IMG/VR virus record: IMGVR_UViG_3300025167_000008
Coordinates: 15,561-79,560 of that record
Reading direction: 5' to 3' (one strand)
Origin: a virus
Length of the DNA stretch: 64,000 nucleotides
How positions within the stretch are numbered: the first letter of the stretch is position 1; every line of letters starts with the position of its first letter. The translations under genes were made by a program, and so were the position numbers. The notes beneath the pieces were generated by a model, which saw nothing but the letters and a program-made list of their open reading frames with translations, was not told the origin of the DNA and did not search any database. This document shows positions 19,081 through 29,500 of this stretch, piece by piece.

Positions 19081-21069
19081 ATGATTACAATGGATGATTT
19101 TGAATATATTGAAAAAATAGCTGATTTTTTCATACAAGATAGAATAAATGATATTAATAATCTAAAGCCAGATTCGACAATTAACATTTCACTATATGAA
19201 AACAAAATATTTGGTGAATTGTTGAACGACAAAAGAGAAAAATTTAGAAAGATTTTAAGAGAATCAATAATAAGGGCATATATAAAAAATAACCTGAAGG
19301 ATACTGATGTATCAGAAATAGATAAAATAATAAATCAATATAGAAAAATAAGCATGATAATTCATATTGATAAATCAGTTGAAATGGGAGAGATTAATGC
19401 AGAAGAACATGAAAGAAGAATAATAACATTTCCATGTGAAATACAAACCATATCTGATCCAAAAACAATACCAATAACAGAAATATTTGTTTGTAATGAA
19501 TGTGAGGAAGATATAACATATAATTATGATCCAGACAGAAGACGGGCTCCAGACTGTCCAACATGTAGAGGAAGAACAAAAAATGATGGAATAGGAGAAA
19601 GTGAAACTGTTGTGACAGTATATTTAAAAGAAATAGTTGGTGATAAAAATAAACGTAATCCAATTAGATTTATGGCTGATATACACGGAGAACAAGCAAG
19701 ATTAATAGACTATAATCAAAAGGTAATGGTAACTGGTATATTCAAATCAATACCTCCAAATAATGCCAGAAACAAATCAAAAATTAAAAGTGAAATTTTG
19801 ATAGATGTAGTTACATTAAAATCAATGGAAATAGACAAATCGGGAAAAATGGATATTTCATCTGCAGAGAAGATGAAACAATTAGCAAAAGATGGCAAAT
19901 TAATAGACATGTTGGTAAACAGTTATGCACCACACATAAAATATGGTGATGAAGGAAAATTAGCATGTATTTTGAATTTAACAGGAGGAGTAAGACAAGA
20001 TAACTATAAAGATCGAATTCATATTTTTCTTTGTGGTGATCCTGCTACTTCCAAAACAGAAATTGCTAATTGGGCGATTGAAATTACTCCCAACTCAATT
20101 ATAGTTGATGGAACAGGTTCAACAGGTGTGGGACTTGGTGCTGGTCAAATCAAATTGCCAGATGGTTCACCAAGTATGTCATTGGGGCCTCTCGTAAAAA
20201 ACGACTACGTTGTTATAAACGAACTGGATAAAATGAAAAGTGAAAATTACAATATGTTATTAGAAGCTTTTGAAAACGGAAGATGTAGTAGAGATATAGC
20301 TGGTATGAACGTATCATTCCATACAAATGTTTCCATAATAGCGACTGCTAATCCTATTGGTTCCATATGGGATTTAAAACATCCTAGTATAGCAGAAAAT
20401 GTTGACATCAAACCTCACATGTTATCAAGATTTGATTCGATGATTAGATTTTTAAACATACCAAACAAGATAAGAGATAGGGCTATTACAGATCACATTA
20501 GAAAATGGAGAGCTGGTAAAATAATACCACCATTTAATAAAGATGAATTAATGCGTTATATTAATTCTGTTAGAGATTTAATTCCCCACATGTCAGAAGA
20601 AACGGAAAAATATTTGTCAGATTTTTATGTAGAAAGAGAAAATTATCAACAGGACGAAAACTCAATTAATATGGATCAAAGACAATACGGAGCATTGGTT
20701 AGAATTGCATATGCATTCGCTAAACTTTTGTTCAAGGAAGAAGTTGATAAAGAATGTATAGATATAACATTAGATTTTTATAAAAGATGTATAGAAAGCT
20801 TTGGGTTATCATATGAGAAAGGAGGAAGCTTCAGTGAGGCAAGCAATAATTTAATGAAGTATACTGAAACAAAAGATAAAACATTTCTTCGTCTTTTTAG
20901 AGAATTGGAAAAAGAAAAAGGAGATGTATTTAAAAGCGAGTTAGCAACAAACATGAGTAAAGAAATACACTGGAAAACTTATGATGACGCAATTACTCAT
21001 ATAAATGCACAACATGATAGAAATATCATTATAGAAAAGCCAAATGAAAGGTTGAAATTGGTTAATTAA
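19081..21069 (+). CDS. mcm: MCM replicative helicase
   Basis: Zn finger CNEC...CPTC, OB fold (KVMVTGIF), IHIFLCGDPATSKT, STGVGL, INELDKM, LLEAFE, IIATANP, SRFD arginine finger. Confidence 0.93.
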   Translation: MITMDDFEYIEKIADFFIQDRINDINNLKPDSTINISLYENKIFGELLNDKREKFRKILRESIIRAYIKNNLKDTDVSEIDKIINQYRKISMIIHIDKSVEMGEINAEEHERRIITFPCEIQTISDPKTIPITEIFVCNECEEDITYNYDPDRRRAPDCPTCRGRTKNDGIGESETVVTVYLKEIVGDKNKRNPIRFMADIHGEQARLIDYNQKVMVTGIFKSIPPNNARNKSKIKSEILIDVVTLKSMEIDKSGKMDISSAEKMKQLAKDGKLIDMLVNSYAPHIKYGDEGKLACILNLTGGVRQDNYKDRIHIFLCGDPATSKTEIANWAIEITPNSIIVDGTGSTGVGLGAGQIKLPDGSPSMSLGPLVKNDYVVINELDKMKSENYNMLLEAFENGRCSRDIAGMNVSFHTNVSIIATANPIGSIWDLKHPSIAENVDIKPHMLSRFDSMIRFLNIPNKIRDRAITDHIRKWRAGKIIPPFNKDELMRYINSVRDLIPHMSEETEKYLSDFYVERENYQQDENSINMDQRQYGALVRIAYAFAKLLFKEEVDKECIDITLDFYKRCIESFGLSYEKGGSFSEASNNLMKYTETKDKTFLRLFRELEKEKGDVFKSELATNMSKEIHWKTYDDAITHINAQHDRNIIIEKPNERLKLVN

Positions 21070-21096
21070 TATGGGGGATAAAAGGTAGATATTATA

Positions 21097-21375
21097 ATGT
21101 TAGGAAGATTCAAGTGTTTATGGAATGGTCATGAATGGAATATAAAAGATGTTAATAAAGAGATAAAAAAACATTCTAATGAGATTGGAGAAGAGATTTT
21201 TATTAGGTGTAGTAAATGTAATAAAATATTAATAGGATTTGAAAAAACGACAGAAGGTTGGTTAAAATGGAATTCATATGATAAAGAAACAATATTATAT
21301 GACATTAATCCTGAATATATGAAAAAAGAAGGGTTGAGCCACAACATTGAAAAATTTAAAGAGGACAACAGATGA
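21097..21375 (+). CDS. Hypothetical protein with C/H metal-binding motif
   Basis: KCLWNGHEW...RCSKC. Confidence 0.5.
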   Translation: MLGRFKCLWNGHEWNIKDVNKEIKKHSNEIGEEIFIRCSKCNKILIGFEKTTEGWLKWNSYDKETILYDINPEYMKKEGLSHNIEKFKEDNR

Positions 21376-21986
21376 GAAAAAGAATGACAAAGAAAGAAAG
21401 AGCAGAATATATTAAAAAGAGATATACAGCTAAAGTATCTACAATATGTGTAAATCTATTTGCGGGAGCAGGAGCTGGAAAAAGCACATGTGCCACAGGA
21501 GTATTTACATTATTAAAACATCACAATGTAAATGCTGAATATGTATCAGAATATGCAAAAGATTTGGTGTGGGAAGAAAGACTTCATATTCAAAGAAATG
21601 ATTTGGACATTTTTACAGAACAGGCAAAAAGACAATTTAGGCTTAATGGAAAGGTAGATGTAATGGTTACTGATTCTCCAATTCTATTAAGTAGTGTATA
21701 TCAAGATCCACTTGATGAGTTATCCCATGCTATGGTAATGAGAGAGTTTAAGAAATATAATAACTTAAACTTTTACATAAAGAGAGTAAAACCATATATG
21801 AAGATAGGAAGACAAGAAAGTTTTAATGGAGCAAAACTAATAGATAATAAAGTTCAATCATTCTTAAAGAGAGAACAAATCAAATATGAGGAAAGACTTG
21901 GTAACAATGAAACAGTTAACCATGTTACTGGACTTGTATTAAAACAATTAGGAAAGAAACAGGAGTACTTTATCACGAGGAAATAA
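21372..21986 (+). CDS. AAA_28/NadR-like P-loop kinase
   Basis: VNLFAGAGAGKST, EYVSEYAKDLVWE, VTDSPILLS. Confidence 0.75.
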   Translation: MRKRMTKKERAEYIKKRYTAKVSTICVNLFAGAGAGKSTCATGVFTLLKHHNVNAEYVSEYAKDLVWEERLHIQRNDLDIFTEQAKRQFRLNGKVDVMVTDSPILLSSVYQDPLDELSHAMVMREFKKYNNLNFYIKRVKPYMKIGRQESFNGAKLIDNKVQSFLKREQIKYEERLGNNETVNHVTGLVLKQLGKKQEYFITRK

Positions 21987-21987
21987 T

Positions 21988-22236
21988 ATGGTTTGTGAAG
22001 GAGAATTTAATGTTCATGTGTATGATGGTTCAGTTCATTTTGGTCGTAGTAGATTAATAGATTTTATTCCAGAAGTACAAGAAATTTTAAAGAAAGGAGG
22101 AACAGTTACTGAAGATACTGGTTTACATATTTGGTGGGATTGTGAAACAGAAATGCCAGAAAGATGGAATAAAGATCCAGTATCATATAGTTTATTGGAT
22201 AATAGATATGATAAATATAAATCGGGGTTATGGTAA
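21988..22236 (+). CDS. Hypothetical protein
   Basis: ORF in coupled operon. Confidence 0.45.
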   Translation: MVCEGEFNVHVYDGSVHFGRSRLIDFIPEVQEILKKGGTVTEDTGLHIWWDCETEMPERWNKDPVSYSLLDNRYDKYKSGLW

Positions 22237-22352
22237 ATGACAGTTGAAATATACATAGATGAAGATAAAGAAGTATTGATTGTAGGTAAACCTAGTTTTG
22301 AGTATGAAGTAACGCATACTGAATATAACCAAGAAAGAGACATAAAAAAGAT

Positions 22353-22652
22353 ATGGGTGAAAAGAAAATGAAAGAAGAACACGCATTTAGTGAATCATGG
22401 ATTCATATAGATATTGACAAAGATTCAGAAGAATCAAAACATTGGGCTTCACTTTTTCCACAAACAATGTATTGGGGCGACATAAAAAAAGGGAAGCGAT
22501 TTACAATATCTTATTCATATAATACAAATGAAGAATCATTAGATAAAACCACAAAAATGCATTCTGTTATAACAAAAACATTTCCAGTTAAAATAATAAA
22601 GATTAAGCGAAATAAACCAAGATTGGATGTTTATGTTGAGAGGGTGGAATAA
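22353..22652 (+). CDS. Hypothetical protein
   Basis: ORF in coupled operon; stop overlaps next start. Confidence 0.5.
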   Translation: MGEKKMKEEHAFSESWIHIDIDKDSEESKHWASLFPQTMYWGDIKKGKRFTISYSYNTNEESLDKTTKMHSVITKTFPVKIIKIKRNKPRLDVYVERVE

Positions 22653-23410
22653 TGGATTCATTAGAAGATAAACGACTTGGTGAAGAAGTAATAAGAAGAT
22701 TTAAAGAAGCACAGAAACAGTTAGTAGTTGGCGGTGAAAAACGTAGCAGAACAGTTCATGCATCACATATTACGGGAGCATGTATGAGAAAGAGCTGGTA
22801 TGAATTTAGGGAAAAGCCAGAGCCACTTAGTGCAGAATCTATTGCCAACTTCTATGTTGGACAGCTTTTACATCAATTAACACCATTGGCAAAGAAAAAT
22901 GAGATTAAATTTAGTGCTAATATAAGAACTATGAAGCCGATAGATGTAAAGGATATTAATGATTATAATCTATTTGATTGTGTTACAGGCACATCTGATG
23001 ATTTAATCGAATGGGAAGGGGATTTGGTAATAGCAGACAAGAAAACATGGTCATCATTGAAGATAAATTACAAAAATGGAGGTACTTATGAAAAGAAAGA
23101 ATTGACAGAGCCAGACGAAAGTTATGTTAATCAGCTTAACATCTATAAGTTATTGAATTATATTTGTGATGGTGTACAGGCAAAGAAAGGCGTTCTTCTT
23201 TATTTAGACAAAGCCACTTCATTTAAAGATCCTTTACCTTTTGTGTTTGACTTGAAACCAGTAGATGAAATTAGATCATGGGTAATAGATAGGTTAGATA
23301 AGATAAAACAATTAGTGGAGCCAGATAGGGTTATCACTAAATATTGTAGATATTGTCCATTCAGAACAATCTGTAACCCTCCAAAGGAGTTGATACCACC
23401 ATGGTCTTAG
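22652..23410 (+). CDS. Cas4-like PD-(D/E)XK exonuclease (stand-alone)
   Basis: ASHI..ACMRK, GTSDD, IADKKT, QLNIY, C-terminal CRYCPFRTIC (Fe-S-type Cys set). Confidence 0.8.
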   Translation: MDSLEDKRLGEEVIRRFKEAQKQLVVGGEKRSRTVHASHITGACMRKSWYEFREKPEPLSAESIANFYVGQLLHQLTPLAKKNEIKFSANIRTMKPIDVKDINDYNLFDCVTGTSDDLIEWEGDLVIADKKTWSSLKINYKNGGTYEKKELTEPDESYVNQLNIYKLLNYICDGVQAKKGVLLYLDKATSFKDPLPFVFDLKPVDEIRSWVIDRLDKIKQLVEPDRVITKYCRYCPFRTICNPPKELIPPWS

Positions 23411-23820
23411 GATTTGGTAAAAAAGATATATTTTATGCTGGAGGCAAATTAAGACCGGGCGAAACTAGGATTCAAAAGAATTTTAGACTTGGTTGGAAAC
23501 CAAAAGGATTTCTTATTGATGAAAACACCGCAATGTCTGATGAAGATATTGAATTGTTTCCACAATATAAAATAATGAATAGTAAAAAGAAGTTCAAACG
23601 TGGAACAGATGATAGGTTGCTTATTCAATGGGTAAAAGAAAGCGGATGGGTTTTAGTTACCAAAGACATTAGAATGGCTATTAGAGCACTTATGGAAGGT
23701 GCTCCAGTATTGATGATTAATGAGGATTATAAGATTATTTCATTAATGGAAACTAAGGTACATCCAATAAAAGAATACAAGGAGTTGTTTGATTATTTTG
23801 TCAATCGATATGAGTTTTAA
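23401..23820 (+). CDS. DUF5615/Mut7-C-like PIN-domain protein
   Basis: FLIDEN...TDD..LI.W......VLVTKD. Confidence 0.6.
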   Translation: MVLGFGKKDIFYAGGKLRPGETRIQKNFRLGWKPKGFLIDENTAMSDEDIELFPQYKIMNSKKKFKRGTDDRLLIQWVKESGWVLVTKDIRMAIRALMEGAPVLMINEDYKIISLMETKVHPIKEYKELFDYFVNRYEF

Positions 23821-24400
23821 AAAGTATAATTTTCAGAACAAGGAGTTCAATATCATAGCCGATATATGGTTATGTGGTAGTGCTGAAAAAGATAGTGAAG
23901 GAAATAAATTTTCTGGAGCTTACCCTGCAGGATTTTTAAAACGATTAAAATCAGCTTTTCAAGATTTTTATCCTACTAATCCAGTTGATATTCTTCATGT
24001 CTGTAGTGGTAGAATTTCTTGTAAAGAAGGAATGAGATTGGACATTGATCCAAAATACAAGCCAGATTTTCTTTGTAATGCCGAGAATATGACAGAAATA
24101 AAAGATGAAGAATTTTTATGGGTTCAATCTGATACTCCTTATAATAAAGAAGCAAGTTTAAAATATTATGATAAGCCAATGGTAAATAGAAGTAAAGTAA
24201 TTAAAGAAATGACAAGGGTTTGTAAAATAGGAGGATTTATCGCCATGTTAGATCAAATAAGCCCTAATAATGTACCAAGATGTTTAAAGAGATTCGCACT
24301 TATTGGAGTGACATCCATTCCCAACCAAGATATGAGAATATTTTCAGTATTTCAAAAGGTGAAAAAATATGAGTCAACTGCATCAAAGAAAAAGAAGTAA
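23789..24400 (+). CDS. Putative amino-methyltransferase (atypical DTPY motif)
   Basis: ILHVCSG (motif I-like), RLDID...PDF, SDTPY (motif IV-like); real start may be ATG 23810. Confidence 0.6.
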   Translation: MIILSIDMSFKKYNFQNKEFNIIADIWLCGSAEKDSEGNKFSGAYPAGFLKRLKSAFQDFYPTNPVDILHVCSGRISCKEGMRLDIDPKYKPDFLCNAENMTEIKDEEFLWVQSDTPYNKEASLKYYDKPMVNRSKVIKEMTRVCKIGGFIAMLDQISPNNVPRCLKRFALIGVTSIPNQDMRIFSVFQKVKKYESTASKKKK

Positions 24401-24872
24401 AAAAAGTAAATCAGACGAATGGTGGACTCCAGACTGGTTTATTCCATCAGTAGAAAAAGAATACAGAATGAAGTTTGAAGTGGATGTGGCATGTACTCAT
24501 AGAAACTGTAAATGTATGACTGGAATTACAAATGCTTTAAAAGATGATTGGAACATCAAATCTGTACATGGTAAAAGAAAATGGGGAGATGTTTGGTGTA
24601 ATCCTCCTAATTCTAAGTTACAACTTTTCCTTCCAAGGGCGTACCAACAATGGACTAAATATGGTATGAGAATATTTATGATTGTGCCTGCTAATGTAAT
24701 GTCTTCTAAAGGATTTTGGAATGGTGTAGAAATTCCACGAAGGAAGGGAGAACGAATAACATATGAACCAGTGTTTAAAAGAATTGCATTCCTAGATAAC
24801 GGTAAAAAACCAAAGTTTTCAGCCAGAAATGCTTATATTGTAATAATTTGGGGAAAGAAATCAAGATTTTAG
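24369..24872 (+). CDS. Phage Dam-family N6-adenine DNA methyltransferase
   Basis: SDEWWTP, FEVDVAC, VWCNPPN, MIVPAN, R(I)AF. Confidence 0.75.
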   Translation: MSQLHQRKRSKKSKSDEWWTPDWFIPSVEKEYRMKFEVDVACTHRNCKCMTGITNALKDDWNIKSVHGKRKWGDVWCNPPNSKLQLFLPRAYQQWTKYGMRIFMIVPANVMSSKGFWNGVEIPRRKGERITYEPVFKRIAFLDNGKKPKFSARNAYIVIIWGKKSRF

Positions 24873-24907
24873 TATATGCTTATAAACAAGAAAAACTAAT
24901 TATTTCT

Positions 24908-26530
24908 ATGCCTGACCTTTCATCTAGAGATATCAGCAATGATATGTCCTTAGCGACAGCAAGTGAAAGTGAAATTTGGAACAGTTTAAGTCCAGAAACA
25001 AGAGCTATAATTCTAGGTCGGGATATAGCAAATGAGGCAAACATTTCTAATAACACAAAAAATGTATACCAAGGAGATTTGAAAAGTAACTCATACGAAA
25101 CTATGAGTTATTATTCACTTCCTCCCTCAGCACAATTCTATGTTTCTAATAGATTGCATGAAATGGGATACTTTAGTGATTCTTATGGAGCAAATGTATA
25201 TGAAGTAGAGGGTGACAGTAGATACAAATGTAAAGATTGTGAAGAAACATTTACTGCAGAAGAAGATTTTAGAGTTCACAGAAAAGTGAATCATGACAAT
25301 GAAGAAAGCGAAACAGAAAGTCGAGAGGCTTATTCTCGATCACTTTATATTGATCCAGACTTGACAAAAGATAATTTAAAGTGGGCAAGACAAATATTAA
25401 GAGGAGAATCTGCAAGACAAACATTTCCACAAAATGATGCACCAACAGTAACAGAACCAAAACTTCCAAAAGGAAAGAAAGGATATGATGATAATCCAAA
25501 TCATTACTTTTATGATAATAAATTATTTAAGAGAGGAACAAGAACACCATATGAACAGGAAGGAAGACCAGCTTCAGAAGCAAGTCTTTTAATTGAGTTA
25601 GAATCAGAAATTCTAGACAAATATGGATGGGAATCTACCAAGGATGTAGAAAAAGATCCTGCTAACAGAGAAATATATACATCAGAAGTGGCACAAAAAG
25701 TTACTGCAAATGAATTACATCCAAGAACATTAAGAATTTTAGATCATGTTAATAAACCACTTTTATTTAAGACATTGTTAAGACTTGGTGCAGTAGAAAC
25801 ACAGCCAGAAGAATGGAAAGAACAAGTAATAGATGAAAAACCAATACATCAAGATTATGATCCAGAACATCCACATGAACACAATGACTTTGATACATAT
25901 TTTAGTGACAAAGTAGCAGAAGAAGATATTTCAGAAGAAGAACACACAGGCAAACACACAGAGATGGCAGATGCAATACAAAGAGAGAATCCAGATTATT
26001 CAAGGGATAGAGCAATGAAAATAGCAAATGCACAAATTAACAAATATGGATTAGAATCACATTCAAACAAGAAAGTGCCAGATTTACTTAAGGAGGTAGA
26101 TATAAGTGTAATGGAAGTGGAAGCAGAAGAATATAATGCTGATGAGAAAGAAGATGTAAAAGCAACCGAAGCAAGAATATTATCATCTTATGTAGGAAGT
26201 AAAACTAAAGGCGGGGAATCACTCGCGGATATTATGGAAGGTGCATTAGATGTACCCGTAGAAAAAGAAACTGTTAATGAAGTAATTTATGACAGAAAAC
26301 TTGATGGTTATCATGAGGATAAAATAGCAAGAGAACTATTTATTAATCACGGATTAGAATATGAAGACGCTATAAGACAAATAAGAAGCGTTGAAGTTTC
26401 AGATGACGATAGAGTAGCAAAGACTTTATTTGGAAAAAGGTTATCTGAATGTAATAAAGCCGAGGTTGGTGAAATGAGACTGTACGCTGGTGAAGCCAAA
26501 AAGAATACTACGGGTGTAAGATATGATTGA
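24908..26530 (+). CDS. Large acidic modular protein 1 (putative virion cargo polyprotein)
   Basis: TATA-like 24871-24887 favours ATG 24908 over 24848; C2H2 finger; A-x-E linkers (IANE, TANE, VAEE, KATE). Confidence 0.75.
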   Translation: MPDLSSRDISNDMSLATASESEIWNSLSPETRAIILGRDIANEANISNNTKNVYQGDLKSNSYETMSYYSLPPSAQFYVSNRLHEMGYFSDSYGANVYEVEGDSRYKCKDCEETFTAEEDFRVHRKVNHDNEESETESREAYSRSLYIDPDLTKDNLKWARQILRGESARQTFPQNDAPTVTEPKLPKGKKGYDDNPNHYFYDNKLFKRGTRTPYEQEGRPASEASLLIELESEILDKYGWESTKDVEKDPANREIYTSEVAQKVTANELHPRTLRILDHVNKPLLFKTLLRLGAVETQPEEWKEQVIDEKPIHQDYDPEHPHEHNDFDTYFSDKVAEEDISEEEHTGKHTEMADAIQRENPDYSRDRAMKIANAQINKYGLESHSNKKVPDLLKEVDISVMEVEAEEYNADEKEDVKATEARILSSYVGSKTKGGESLADIMEGALDVPVEKETVNEVIYDRKLDGYHEDKIARELFINHGLEYEDAIRQIRSVEVSDDDRVAKTLFGKRLSECNKAEVGEMRLYAGEAKKNTTGVRYD

Positions 26531-29500
26531 TTGTGGAGTTTGTGGAAAAGGGTTTAATACTAACGAAGAATATAAAAATCATGTAGAACAGGCTCATGAA
26601 GCAATGAATGATACTTATTCAGAAGCATTTTGTAAAGCAAATGAAGAAACCACAGCATGGGATTTACAAGTTTGTCGTAAATGTGGAAATTCAAGAGTTC
26701 TTCAAGAGGATACAGGTTATTGTGCCCAATGTTCAAAGAAATTAGAATCAAGGGAAGTCAACTGGAGAGATATAGGAGATAAAAAAGTTATAGATAAGGG
26801 ATCACATTATGAAACTGAAGATGGTACATTAGTTGATTGGTCATCATATGATGCAACAGACGCACAAAAATACTTAAGTAAAAAAGTTAATGAATCAAAA
26901 GCAAATGAAGATGATATGGATGATTTGCAATATAAACAACAGTTTGGACATGATTGGCGTGATGATAAAGCAAAATCAAAGAAAAAAGAAAAAGAAGGCG
27001 ATGAAGGAGGGGCAAGAGGATTATCAAGTCAAGAACAACCATTAAAAAAAGTAGATTCATTATCAGAATCATGGGGAGTATTAGAAAAAGAAAAGAAAGC
27101 ACAATTATTTGAATCATTAGGAATTAATCAAGGTAGTGCATATACATTAGCAGATTTAGATTGGTTTAACTTATCTCCACAACTTAAAGCCGATGCTTCA
27201 GAAGCATATGCAAAAGAAGAAGATGAGTTAGTAATAGATAATGATGAAGATTTGTTTGCTTTACATAAAGGACTTATGGATAAACCAATAAAAGATGATA
27301 AGGAAAAAGAGGTTAATGAAGCCTATGCAGATATTTATAACATAGAGAAAAATCATTTATCGCCTGATTATAAAAAAAAAGCTATAGAATGTAGTAGATG
27401 TAACGAGAAGTTTTATAATAGTAAAGAAAGAGACGTTCATTTTAATGAATTCCATGCAACTGAACAAGAATATAATTTACCTGAAGAATGTCCTTTTTGT
27501 AAGGAATTAATTAAGGAGCCAGAAACATTGGATTATCACATGCAACAAGAGCACGGAGCCCATGTACCAAGTCAATATACTCAAACAGGAATTCAAGGAG
27601 CAATGGCAGATACAGATTTTGATTCTTTAGGTTCTGATTTTTATTCAGAAGCATTTGATAGTGATTGGGCTTGTCCTAGATGTGGTAATAAAAAAGTAAC
27701 TATAAAGAAAGATGAAAATGGAAATCCTATTGGTAGAGCATGTCCTAAATGTGGTTTGGGAAATGAAGTAAAAGCAACTGAATCAAAGTGGAGAGTTAAT
27801 ACAATTACACATGGTAAGGTTAACGTTAATTTGGGTAAAGATGCAAATGAAGAAGATGCATTAAACGCAGTTAAAAGAATGTATTTTGATGATGGATATA
27901 TAGATGATAGTGATATTTTATCTGCAAACAAACTTAGTGATGAAGCAATTAATTTTGGTAAACATCAAACATGTTCGATATGTGGACAAGATTTTGAATT
28001 GAGTGGTGTAAGTGCTGATAGTGGATGGGGTTCACATGACACAGAAGGAAACAGAATAGTGCGTAATGACAGATTAAATCAAATTGCACATTATGACTGC
28101 GTAGAAGCAAGTGGTGAAGATATGAGTCCTTTAGGTGAATCTTATGCAAATGAAGAACATACACATAATTGGGAACAAGTAGGAGATGCTGATGGAGACA
28201 GAACATTTGAATGTACTGGATGTCCAGCGAAATTATGGGCTCATCCCGGTCAAAGTAAAGAAGAAGGAGATATTTATTATGGATATCTTGGTCAAGAATC
28301 AAAAACAAATGAAGCAAATTGGACAGATTTCGGACATGTAAGTGATCCTAATTTTAGAACTAATTGTACTGATGGAGAACCACACGTTCCAAAAGAAGAC
28401 AAACAAAATGATATATGTATTAAATGTGGTAAAAATATACGAGAAACAGGAGAAGGTTCAGGTTATTGGTTTACAGATGAAGATAACAGAAATTGGAATA
28501 GAACATATAATGAATCAAAAGCAACAGAATGGAGTACTGGAATATCAAGTAAAGATCCAACTGCAATAACACAATTAGAAGCAAAATTAGCAAGACTTGA
28601 AGAAGAAAAAACAGAGATAAAAGCAAGACCAATAGTACCACGAGATTGGAGTTTTTCGCCAGAAGATAGTAGGGGATTTGAATTAACAAATATAAATGCA
28701 AACATTAGAAGTGTAAAACAAAGAATAGAAGATTTAAAAAACAGAGCAGGAGAAGCAAAAATTCCAAGCGGTGATCTTTATCAACATGGGCAAAAAGTTG
28801 GAACTATTACAGATTATAATCCAAAAAAACATGAAGGGTATGTAACACTTGATGGTATTGGTATAAAAGAATTTGGAGCAATGACATCAGATTATGAAGT
28901 AAGAGTTAATGGTGAAAGAATTCCTAACAAATGGGATGGTAAACACGATTATAATTTAGATTTGTTTGGAGAAGCATATAACGATGATATGGTATTACGA
29001 GCACTTGATACTCCAGACGCAAATAATGAAGGTTTACCAATACATGCACAAGGAGTATATTGGAGATGTGATTTGTGTGATTATAAAACATATTTCATGG
29101 GAACTTTTGATAATGCAGATCCAATAAAACCACATTTAAAAGAAGAACATGGTATAGGTGAATCATATGCAAAAGAAGACGGAGGTTATGCAAATTTTGG
29201 TGATAAACCAAAAGAAGAATCATGGTCAGTATTAACAGTAGGATCAGATTTATGGTATTTTAATTCAGAACAAGAAGCAAGAGATTATGTCAAAAACTTT
29301 CCAAAAGGAACATATCAAATTAACCGTCCACGAGAAGGAAGAGAATCATATGCGAAAGAAATAAGCGGACAGTTTACGAGACAATGCCCTCATTGTGAAA
29401 AATTAATTAATGTTGATAAATTAAATGATCATATCAAAAAAGAACATAATGAAATAACTGAGGGTTTAGAAGATCCAGAATATAGAGTAAAATTATTTAA

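Noticed and set aside
22652-23410. CRISPR-Cas locus or mini-array
   Set aside because: No cas1/cas2 and no regularly spaced repeat-spacer units seen anywhere in the window
24848-24907. Upstream start extensions in the ORF track (also 41515, 44861, 51595)
   Set aside because: Downstream ATGs (24908, 41548, 44909, 51625) fit promoter spacing or ATGA/TAATG coupling better
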